From the NCBI GenBank assembly GCA_963712115.1, contig CAVQGX010000004.1, positions 1 through 18,988 of the forward strand: DNA of 18,988 nt. Reading direction: 5' to 3'. The DNA comes from an uncultured delta proteobacterium. Lineage in GTDB: Bacteria > Desulfobacterota > Syntrophobacteria > BM002. The translations under genes were made by a program, and so were the position numbers. Every line of letters starts with the position of its first letter. The stretch's first letter is position 1. Below the pieces are notes generated by a model. That model saw only the letters and a program-made list of their open reading frames with translations, searched no databases and was not told the origin of the DNA. Shown piece after piece: positions 1-7,615 of this stretch.

Positions 1-29
1 ATCCACATTCCAAGATCCTGAATGGGCAT

Positions 30-52
30 AAAAAAACGGAGCCGAAGCTCCG
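30..52 (-). terminator. Rho-independent terminator downstream of the 6S RNA
   Basis: Minus strand reads CGGAGC-TTCG-GCTCCG (6-bp GC stem, cUUCGg tetraloop) followed by T7. Confidence 0.8.
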
Positions 53-59
53 ACAAAAA

Positions 60-235
60 ACACCTGCGGGGGTGGTGTTGGCAGACTGTCTTGAACCCTT
101 CGTAACTAGATGAGGTCCCTGTTGGTCCTTTAGGCGCTTCGGGTTAACCGATGCGGCACACCGTTCCAAGGAAGGGTCCCCGTTTGTAAGTGTTAGTTCA
201 GAAAATATCTACCAATCATCAAGACCGCAGGGGAA
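60..235 (-). ncRNA. ssrS: 6S RNA (SsrS)
   Basis: ~175 nt that fold by eye into a rod: closing stem CCTGCGG/CCGCAGG, TTGGTAGA/TCTGCCAA, TGAACT/GGTTCA, an unpaired central bubble (AACACTTACAAAC opposite CATCTAGTTACGAA) and a terminal hairpin. Contains the 6S-typical AAGGGTTCAAG motif. TATTAT -10-like box at 243-248 and a terminator immediately 3'. Confidence 0.8.
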
Positions 236-352
236 CCGAATCATAATAGAAAGTGGAGTACCTTAACGTGTTGTGAACTATACTCTTATGAGCATTAGAG
301 TACCGTAGCGATTTGGGTCCCGTCCAATAAGAAAAACCACCATTCTGCGGAT

Positions 353-970
353 CTAAGCTGACCTCACTCGGCTGAATAGGCGCTCCCTGTGCACGCTGCA
401 ATACCAGCATATGTCTTGACACTTCATTCGGTAATGGGCACTTAATATTTGAGGAATGAGCAAGGCTCTTTCCATCATCCTCTGGTGAGGGCATCTTCTC
501 TCAACAAAAAGCAAACAGAAGTTGTAGTTGTGAATGACTATTCTTTTCTCCTCGACCGCGAGATTCTGAACATCAGGTAGCAACTCTTGGATGTCTCGGA
601 AGCCGAACAGATACTCTTTCCAAAAAAGATTTAGTAGACAGTCTAATAAAAGCTCTCGAAGGGGCCTTTCTGCTTTTAAGAACTTGATTCCCGCCGTAAA
701 AAGGGTATCTTCCGCCTTAGATGTGTCATAGTGGAATTGAGACCACACCACTTCGCCAGATATGCTAACGGGACTCAATGTGTCCGGCACCTGCATTTCT
801 ACTGCGAGCTGTTCTTTGGTCTTGATAGGACTGTTTGTGTTAAGGCTGATTCCCCCCGTGCTCAAATTAATAGCTTTTCCACCCAGCTCTTTGTTATCAG
901 CGAGCTGGCATCGCACGGGCAAAGATAGGGGCACCCGCAGAGCCATCCGTTTGGCTTGAAATGTCTGCAT
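353..970 (-). CDS. PilZ domain protein with C-terminal Cys4 'ERALLIPQ' module
   Basis: RxxxR (RMALR) and NLSTGG c-di-GMP motifs, GEVVW...AGIKF PilZ strands; Cys module at 398-517. Start is ATG 970 or TTG 982. Confidence 0.85.
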   Translation of the reverse strand: MQTFQAKRMALRVPLSLPVRCQLADNKELGGKAINLSTGGISLNTNSPIKTKEQLAVEMQVPDTLSPVSISGEVVWSQFHYDTSKAEDTLFTAGIKFLKAERPLRELLLDCLLNLFWKEYLFGFRDIQELLPDVQNLAVEEKRIVIHNYNFCLLFVERRCPHQRMMERALLIPQILSAHYRMKCQDICWYCSVHRERLFSRVRSA

Positions 971-1403
971 GGAAAAGTCCAAACAAGAGATTGGATTCTG
1001 TCCTACTTGGAGCAGAGAATAAAATAAAAAGTCAAGAAGTGCGCCGGAGTAGGAGCCTGCAAATTAATCAAAATCTATTAAGTACCAGATAAAATACGAA
1101 CAAAAGTTCTGTAAGGACAAGGTATCGAGAAGCGGTAGGTGAATTTCTGATCATTCTCCTGAATGATGACCTGAACCATCGAAACAGCTCATACGCGTCA
1201 TCATTGCTTCAAAGTGCGACCGGTCTTTCTTTGTTGGTACCAAATATACTTCAACTCTTCGTTACAGCTTGTACAAACTATACGAGCTTTTTACAGCATT
1301 TATCACCTAAATCAAGGAAGTGAATGGGTAATACTATTGGCAGAAGATAAAAGAAATTACAAGGGAGGAAATTAGACTATAAAATGACTACATAATATAG
1401 TCA

Positions 1404-2873
1404 TCAATCTAGGGATCGCAGAAAGGATCTGAGGTTTATCTTCTTGTGTTTCAGGCCAAGTTTATTGCGAATTTGAGACCTGTGATTCTTGACCGTGTTC
1501 CCGGAAAGATCGAGCATTGCCGCCATGTCTTTGTTGGTCCTACCATCTTTGACTAGATTGGCGATCTTGATTTCCGTGGCGGTAAGCTTCACAAACCTCG
1601 TTGATAACTTGGCCGTGAATGGCGAGATAATATCATTTAGATGTGACTCCAAAATCGTGATGAGAGTTTTTTGGTCACTTTGGAGTTCGCTCTTCTTCAA
1701 TTTTTCAAGGTAAGGCAATATGAGTTCTTTAACATTAACGACAACACTTTCCTCAAGCGCTGATCTGTCCTGTTCTCTTTTATTAAGGAGTATGTTTAAG
1801 GCGGCGTTAACCTGTTCCAAATTATTCGATTGTTCCTCCAATTTAGCTTCTCTCTCTCTAAGTGCTGTTTCAGCTGTTTTTAGTTCAGTTATATTCTCCT
1901 CTAGTTTTATAGAGTATAGCTGTACTTTTTCATAGAGGCTGGCGTTCTGCAGAGCAATTGAAACCTGGCTAGTTACGGACTCCAAAAAGGTGGCCTGCTG
2001 TTTAAAATCGAGATCTCTAGTCGAGGCCAGCCCCAGTACACCAATTGTCTTATCTTGGCCGAACAAGGGTAAGGCGGCAAATGACCTCAGACCAGCTTCT
2101 TTGCACTCTGGTAGAGTGCATCGTGGGTCAGCTTGTAAATTGCGGGAGAAAACTGACTTTCCCTCACTTGCTGCAAGTCCACATAAACAAGAGCCTATCC
2201 CGTGTATCCGGGCTTTATCTGGAGAAAAGTCGATGTTTTCTGAGCGAAGGTCAGATAATATTAATCTGTCCCCTTCCCTTAAATAGAGAAGTGCAAGGTC
2301 GGGCTTAACAATATTGACGATCCCGTTGAGGGCACTTTCCACTGCCTGATCTACTGCCAACGAACTGCTTAACTGTCGGGCCAGCGAGTTTAGTACTGTC
2401 AGTTCTTGCAAATTATTCTTTAAGGTTTCCTCTATCTTTTTGCGCTCAGTGATGTCTCTTAGAAAGCTCAATGTAGCTGGACTGTCCTGCCAGTCGATAA
2501 TTATACTTCTGATTTCAATCCACTTGATACCTCCATCCCTATTAATCACCCTAAAGATATATGTTTCGGGAGCCTTCTCAGCTTTGAGTCTACTCAAATA
2601 GTGTCCCATGACCATTTCTCGATCATCGGTATGTATAAAATCAACGAAAGGCCTGGAGGTCAGTTCATCGACTGTATAATCCGTAAAATGACTTGCTATA
2701 GGATTTGCATACTTAAGTTTTCCATCCTGAGTCACTATGATGCCCTCGTTGGCATTCTCCACGAGGAGGCGGTATTTCTCTTCGCTGTCTTTCGGTGCAT
2801 CCCCTGCTAACTGTTGGCTCACTTCTTCCAACTCACTTATGAGTTGAGCTTTTGTTTTACCTGCGTGTTTCAT
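1404..2873 (-). CDS. PAS-GAF-LuxR HTH transcriptional regulator
   Basis: PAS S-box (YRLLVENANEGI...RDITERK), GAF domain, coiled coil, C-terminal LuxR HTH (LTATEIKIANLVKDGRTNKDMAAMLDLSGNTVKNHRSQIRNKLGL). Confidence 0.92.
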   Translation of the reverse strand: MKHAGKTKAQLISELEEVSQQLAGDAPKDSEEKYRLLVENANEGIIVTQDGKLKYANPIASHFTDYTVDELTSRPFVDFIHTDDREMVMGHYLSRLKAEKAPETYIFRVINRDGGIKWIEIRSIIIDWQDSPATLSFLRDITERKKIEETLKNNLQELTVLNSLARQLSSSLAVDQAVESALNGIVNIVKPDLALLYLREGDRLILSDLRSENIDFSPDKARIHGIGSCLCGLAASEGKSVFSRNLQADPRCTLPECKEAGLRSFAALPLFGQDKTIGVLGLASTRDLDFKQQATFLESVTSQVSIALQNASLYEKVQLYSIKLEENITELKTAETALREREAKLEEQSNNLEQVNAALNILLNKREQDRSALEESVVVNVKELILPYLEKLKKSELQSDQKTLITILESHLNDIISPFTAKLSTRFVKLTATEIKIANLVKDGRTNKDMAAMLDLSGNTVKNHRSQIRNKLGLKHKKINLRSFLRSLD

Positions 2874-3031
2874 CCTTTTTGCCTTTCAGAATATGATCGA
2901 GTTCGAGACATTTAACCGCTTAGAGTGTATCTGTCAAAAATCGTATCAAGTCCTATAAGGGTACTACTAATTGACTGAGTAATGGACTGAACTTAACTTA
3001 GTTCAGGAAGGCTAGAATTACAAGCTTTCCT

Positions 3032-3088
3032 CTCAACACAAAATATGGGGGGTGTCATTAAGTGGGCTGAATTTGGAGTATGTAATCT
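3032..3088. repeat. Degenerate/partial copy (D) of the ~97-bp intergenic element
   Basis: CTCAACACAAAATATGGG matches copy A core region at 16/18; ends in TATGTAATCT like copy A. Core-to-end spacing is 5 bp shorter and the left arm is not recognisable. Confidence 0.45.
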
Positions 3089-3180
3089 GCGCTTTTGCTG
3101 TGTTCGAGCTTAGTTTAGACGACTCGCCACTATATTCATCCTGCGCAAAACGGCTCTAGAAAAAATCAAGGTGTTCTTGA

Positions 3181-3549
3181 TTACCGCTCGTCTGCCCAAT
3201 ATACCTCAAATGTTCTTAGTTCTTTCGGAAACTCTATAGCTATTCCCCACCTATCACCATCAACCCTTCTAACTGTACCCAGACCCTTGAGAATCAAAGT
3301 GTCTTTCTGACCTGTAAACTCAGGCGGCAAAAAGAACATCATTTCCGTTTCGTCATCGACTTGGAAATCAGACCAAGAAGGACTGATAATGAAGGCTCCG
3401 CTTTGGGATAGATTGTGGGTAATCCCTGGCAGCTCCGCTGTTCTATGGAGAAGCCTGGCTCTCGCTTGAAAGCTCTGACTCAACCTTGGATATTTACGTC
3501 TGTCAGACGGAACAGTCAAATCACACTCCGTTGCACTCCAGGCTAACAA
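3181..3549 (-). CDS. Stand-alone PilZ domain protein
   Basis: DRRKYPR (RxxxR) and NLSQSGA motifs, GTVRRV...GIAIEF. Start codon uncertain. Confidence 0.85.
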   Translation of the reverse strand: MLAWSATECDLTVPSDRRKYPRLSQSFQARARLLHRTAELPGITHNLSQSGAFIISPSWSDFQVDDETEMMFFLPPEFTGQKDTLILKGLGTVRRVDGDRWGIAIEFPKELRTFEVYWADER

Positions 3550-3640
3550 GCTAATATCACCTACAGATTAGATTTCCAACTGAGTGCTCCACAAGTTATC
3601 CGCAATAAGTAGATGAAAATTAGCGAAAATTCTCATTCAC

Positions 3641-3685
3641 ATACGAAGTTTTCGTATTGACAATCAACAAGTTATTTACTTTAAT
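3641..3685 (+). promoter_or_regulatory. Putative sigma70 promoter with overlapping palindromic operator and IHF-consensus site
   Basis: TTGACA(3657-3662)-N17-TTTAAT(3680-3685); inverted repeat ATACGAA-GTT-TTCGTAT (3641-3657); AATCAACAAGTTA (3662-3674) fits WATCAANNNNTTR. Lies between divergent PilZ genes. Confidence 0.5.
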
Positions 3686-3815
3686 TCCACAATATAGAAT
3701 CCTTTTTCTCACCTTCATAGCTTTTTGCAAGGGGCCGTTTCAGAATTTAGTAATTATTATCTCCATCCCCAGTACTTAATTCTGAGACATGCACCTCTCG
3801 AAAGGAGGTCCTGCC

Positions 3816-4436
3816 ATGAAACAGCCTACCTATGAGAAGTGTCAGTATCTGAGTATTGGACAAAGCCCTTATAAGTCAACTATTGAAAGAGCTCTTTTGA
3901 TTCCTCAGCTACTTGATCCCACCCAGATTGTTGATGCAAAACGACTGTGTGAGAAATGTAGGCAGATTTTTGTCGAAAGAAGGCAAGCGATACGTATTCA
4001 GAGACCTCTTCGAGTCATCATTACTAGACGGGACCAAGAAGCAAGCTTTCACGCCACCATTCTCAATGTAAGCAGCAGCGGCGCTCTTGTTAAGCTAGAG
4101 AACTTGCCTAATTTCCATATGGACGAAAAGCTCCGCTTGAAAATTTACTCTTACAGCGGTGTTTCAGATAAATCGGATACTGATGCAATAAGGGTTAATG
4201 GAGCAGTTAAAAGATTAGCTGAGAGCAATAATGAAATTGCTATCGTCTTCGTTGAAGAGAGTAGTTTGGAACAAATTGTCAATATTCAGCAAAATCAATC
4301 GTTGAATAGATTTTCCTCTCTTCCTTCTACGGAGCCAGCAATTAGGCAATGGTTGATACCTACTGTTCGGCCTCTTCTTATACTTCCTCCCTGTAAAAGC
4401 ATTTTACATGCCAGATTTTTAATCCACGAAACTTAG
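3816..4436 (+). CDS. PilZ domain protein with N-terminal 'ERALLIPQ' Cys module
   Basis: AAGGAGGT Shine-Dalgarno before ATG 3816; Cys module 3840-3959; ERRQAIR and NVSSSGA PilZ motifs. The last ~50 aa do not resemble PilZ. Confidence 0.85.
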   Translation: MKQPTYEKCQYLSIGQSPYKSTIERALLIPQLLDPTQIVDAKRLCEKCRQIFVERRQAIRIQRPLRVIITRRDQEASFHATILNVSSSGALVKLENLPNFHMDEKLRLKIYSYSGVSDKSDTDAIRVNGAVKRLAESNNEIAIVFVEESSLEQIVNIQQNQSLNRFSSLPSTEPAIRQWLIPTVRPLLILPPCKSILHARFLIHET

Positions 4437-4699
4437 TAGTGAAATTGGTTATATATGCTATTTTAGACCCTTCTTGTGTGACCAACAGGTGGGAAATAGA
4501 GTGCTAATGTTATGTATTTTGTTGCCGCATATACGTAAATACGTAAAAATCTAGTCACAACAACACAAACTGCTTTTAGTTTAAAAAAATCTGACTGACT
4601 TTGTAAATCGGAAGGATGCATGATTTTGGTTTTAGTACCACTAATAATAGCAGGGAGAAAGTAAGATCGGCAGCACAGAAGGGTTCGACCCGACTTTGC

Positions 4700-4796
4700 A
4701 TTACATCCCTTAATTCACACTTTCTCCACCAGGAAACTCAACACAAGATGTGGGATAAGCTCTCATGTAGCAAGAGTGTAGATTAAACTATGTAAT
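4700..4796. repeat. ~97-bp intergenic element, copy A
   Basis: ATTACATCCCTTAATTCACACT-N20-CACAAGATGTGG-N20-GAGTGTAGATTAAACTATGTAAT; arms are a 17/22 inverted repeat. Confidence 0.85.
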
Positions 4797-4900
4797 CTCA
4801 GTTTTCACGCAAAAGGACTTGAAGAATTTGTATACTGACGATAAAAGCGGATCCCGTGACTCGGCCGACAATCAGCGACTGTCAGGTGCCTTTGAATCGA

Positions 4901-5401
4901 CTATTGATCGCTTGCCCTTAAAAGATATTGATCAATTACGCTGCGTATGGCGTCCTTAATGTCCATAAACTTAATTCCTGCACTGAACAAGGTTTCCTGC
5001 TGGCCCTTGGTATCCCCATGAAATTGACGCCACATTACCTCGCCTACCACTCTAAAAGGGTTGCTTCTGTTTGGGACAAAAAGCTCCATTCCGAGCTTTT
5101 CATTCTTTGAAATGGGGTAATTAGTCTCGATGGCTATTCCTTCGGCACTCAAGTTATAAGCCTTAGCTCCTATTCCGGTAAGATCGGTCTGTTGGCAATA
5201 TACGAGAAAAGAGACTGGTACACGATGGCTTTTCCGTCTTTGCTGCTCGCCCTCTGAGCAGGGTAAGCAAAGGCTCTCGTATTCCAGCAACTGCGCTGAG
5301 TCTAACAGTTGTGGAATGAGATAGGCCCTTTCCATTTCTCTTTGATAAGGACATTCTTCTTTCTCAAAGAGCTTGCAGGATTTTAAGCGAGAAGACAGCA
5401 A
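4901..5401 (-). CDS. PilZ domain protein with N-terminal Cys4 'ERAYLIPQ' module
   Basis: AAGGAGGT SD before TTG 5401 (ORF track starts at 5428); Cys module 5258-5377; QRRKSHR and NLSAEG motifs; PilZ part is paralogous to 353-970. Confidence 0.87.
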   Translation of the reverse strand: MLSSRLKSCKLFEKEECPYQREMERAYLIPQLLDSAQLLEYESLCLPCSEGEQQRRKSHRVPVSFLVYCQQTDLTGIGAKAYNLSAEGIAIETNYPISKNEKLGMELFVPNRSNPFRVVGEVMWRQFHGDTKGQQETLFSAGIKFMDIKDAIRSVIDQYLLRASDQ

Positions 5402-5465
5402 GAGGACCACCTCCTTTGATGGAAGCAATAAGAGGTTTCAAACTTAATAGAATATGCGGTGAACA

Positions 5466-6983
5466 CTAGCAAGAATCAAAAAGAAACCCATCAGTCTCGG
5501 GTGCCTTGTATTTGTCATAGAGTGAGTTTCGTGATTGGAAGTCGTAAATATCTGTTGTTCGCAATACAGCACCTATCTTTTTAAGTTCATTAGAAAAGTC
5601 CTCTACCATGTCATTCAGAATCAATTGATGTCCATCCTGGTAGGATAGAAAGAGGCTGAGCGCTTTCTGCTGTTCTTCTGCGTGCTGTTGTCTTTTGGGA
5701 CTCATGTTGTTAGCAAGTGGCTGGAGGTCACGTAGGATTTCCCAAACGGTTTTAAATCTGGCAGAAGGGTTTCTTTGGGTGGCGCGCTTTATAAAATAGT
5801 GTAATGCCTCCGGCAGATCTGGAACCAGCACCCGGGGATCTGGGATATCCTCCTGAACATGCAATTCCATCAATCTGGCTAAGTCATCTTCCGGATAAGG
5901 TCTCTGGCCGGTAATCATCTCATAAGCCATAATTCCCAGTGAATAAATGTCAGTATGCTCATCCACAGGCTCGCCTTCGATTTGTTCTGGCGACATATAA
6001 TAGACAGTTCCTGGCAGGCAGAAATCGATGGTCCCTGGACAGCATGCCAACCCGAAGTCAAGAATCTTTGCCCGGCCATCAGATTGGATGAAAATATTAG
6101 CTGGTTTGATATCTTGATGCACGAAACCCTGCTCATGGGCATAATTCAATCCAGCGCACACCTGTAGGATTATGTCCAATACCATGGACAGGGGCAGTCT
6201 TGGGGTTCTATCTAAGATGTTTTCCAGTGATACACCCTCGAGGTACTCCATGATAATGAAAACCGTCCCGTATAATTCTTCGATATCATAAACCCTGACA
6301 ATGTTTTCATGGTTCAGACGAGCAATAGTTCTTGCCTCATTCCTAAACTTGCAGGAAAAATGAGGGTCCATGGCCATGGTGTGCTTCAGCATCTTTATCG
6401 CCACCGGCATATTTAAGCTTGTGTGAATACCTTTGTAGACAATGCTCCAGCCGCCACGATCTATAATTTCATTTATCATGTATTTACCGACAGATCTCTC
6501 CGCTGTCAGTTTTTCGGTAGAAAGCCGAGTTGTCGCAAGCTCAACGATATAATCCTTTAAATCTGGATATTCAGTACAGAATGAATCAAACTGTGATTTG
6601 GTTAGGCACCAGAGTGTCATATCGGTTTCAGCATCAACGTGAGCGGTCCTGGGTGAACCTGTCAAAAGCGCAATCTCTCCTACAATATCTCCACCATTAA
6701 GGCGGGCAACAGGATAGTTTTCTTGGTTTTTTTCCACGCTGACCGCGCACGTTCCATCCTGGATTATGTAGAGGTTATCTCCTTCGTCACCCTGTGAAAT
6801 AAATCTTTCTCCTCTCCGCACATACATCGGGGTCACGGCATTCAGCACGGGACATGCAGCCTTCATGGTGATGGCATCAAGCAGTGGTGTATTGAAGAAA
6901 AAATCCAAATCGCAGGGCTGCATACCTTTGTTCTTAACAAATACCTCGGGGAATGAAGCCTGTAGAAATGTTGATTTTCCCAT
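5466..6983 (-). CDS. Cyclic-nucleotide-binding domain + Hanks-type Ser/Thr protein kinase
   Basis: cNMP cassette (QGDEGDNLYII...GEIALLTGSPRTAHV); kinase motifs VAIK, HQDIKPAN, DFG, GTVYYMSPEQ, DIYSLG; no obvious TM segment. ATG 6983 follows AAGGGGG (GTG 6989 is the alternative). Confidence 0.93.
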   Translation of the reverse strand: MGKSTFLQASFPEVFVKNKGMQPCDLDFFFNTPLLDAITMKAACPVLNAVTPMYVRRGERFISQGDEGDNLYIIQDGTCAVSVEKNQENYPVARLNGGDIVGEIALLTGSPRTAHVDAETDMTLWCLTKSQFDSFCTEYPDLKDYIVELATTRLSTEKLTAERSVGKYMINEIIDRGGWSIVYKGIHTSLNMPVAIKMLKHTMAMDPHFSCKFRNEARTIARLNHENIVRVYDIEELYGTVFIIMEYLEGVSLENILDRTPRLPLSMVLDIILQVCAGLNYAHEQGFVHQDIKPANIFIQSDGRAKILDFGLACCPGTIDFCLPGTVYYMSPEQIEGEPVDEHTDIYSLGIMAYEMITGQRPYPEDDLARLMELHVQEDIPDPRVLVPDLPEALHYFIKRATQRNPSARFKTVWEILRDLQPLANNMSPKRQQHAEEQQKALSLFLSYQDGHQLILNDMVEDFSNELKKIGAVLRTTDIYDFQSRNSLYDKYKAPETDGFLFDSC

Positions 6984-7048
6984 GGCCACCCCCTTAATAT
7001 TTGTGAGTCTTTCCAGTTGTCACCCATATCTCTCGCTTCACTTATAGC

Positions 7049-7064
7049 GCAAGGTGCATGCCAA
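7049..7064 (-). promoter_or_regulatory. Sigma54 (-24/-12) promoter for the kinase-PilZ operon
   Basis: Minus strand TTGGCATG-CACC-TTGC fits TGGCAYG-N4-TTGC with exact spacing, ~65 bp upstream of the kinase start. Confidence 0.75.
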
Positions 7065-7152
7065 GTCAGAGGAAACGAAACAAGATTTTATTCAACTAGA
7101 TAATATTGCTTAATATTTATACGGGTAGGACGGGTGGAGCGCGAAGTAAAAC

Positions 7153-7304
7153 TGTCATCCTTCTATACAGAAATTGCTAACTAAGTTGACAGCTCTTGGT
7201 GGGATGGTGTGCGAAAGGTATGTAATTTTGATTAATTAGATGGTGCGTACTAAGTTGGGAGCCAGATGTTAACTAGGTTGGCAAGGGTGACAACTGAGTT
7301 ATCA
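7153..7304. promoter_or_regulatory. Array of five 17-bp pseudo-palindromic sites (putative enhancer/UAS)
   Basis: TGTCATCCTTCTATACA(7153, weakest), TGCTAACTAAGTTGACA(7175), TGCGTACTAAGTTGGGA(7244), TGTTAACTAGGTTGGCA(7267), TGACAACTGAGTTATCA(7288); neighbours within each group are 21-23 bp apart. Confidence 0.6.
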
Positions 7305-7412
7305 ACAGAGAGCAAAAACTGTACTCTTGCACATTCCTCAATAGACCAAATCGACTCTAGTGAGAATATAAATGAGAAATCTAAAACTCATCTCTTCGCT
7401 GCAGAAATTTAT

Positions 7413-7509
7413 ATTACATCCCTTAATTCACACTATTGGCTCTAAAGACCCTAGCACAGAATGTGGTACGTACTCTGAAGTAGACTGAGTTTAGCTTGAA
7501 GTCATTTAT
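7413..7509. repeat. ~97-bp intergenic element, copy B
   Basis: Left arm 22/22 identical to copy A, N20, CACAGAATGTGG, N20, degenerate right arm (15/23 to A). Confidence 0.8.
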
Positions 7510-7615
7510 GAGAAGATCGAGGGAAATGGTTGGAGAGCTTTACATCTTAAAGCTAACTCTTGATCGAGTCGGAAACCACCTTTGGAAAGGCAGCTGTCAG
7601 CTCAGACAGTAGTCT

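Noticed and set aside
219-494. 91-aa ORF overlapping the PilZ-Cys gene and 6S 5' region
   Set aside because: Alternative frame of a well-supported CDS running into the ncRNA; no recognisable motifs.
2948-2976. GTCCTATAAG XerC-arm-like sequence
   Set aside because: No XerD-like TTATG arm at the required 6-bp spacing.
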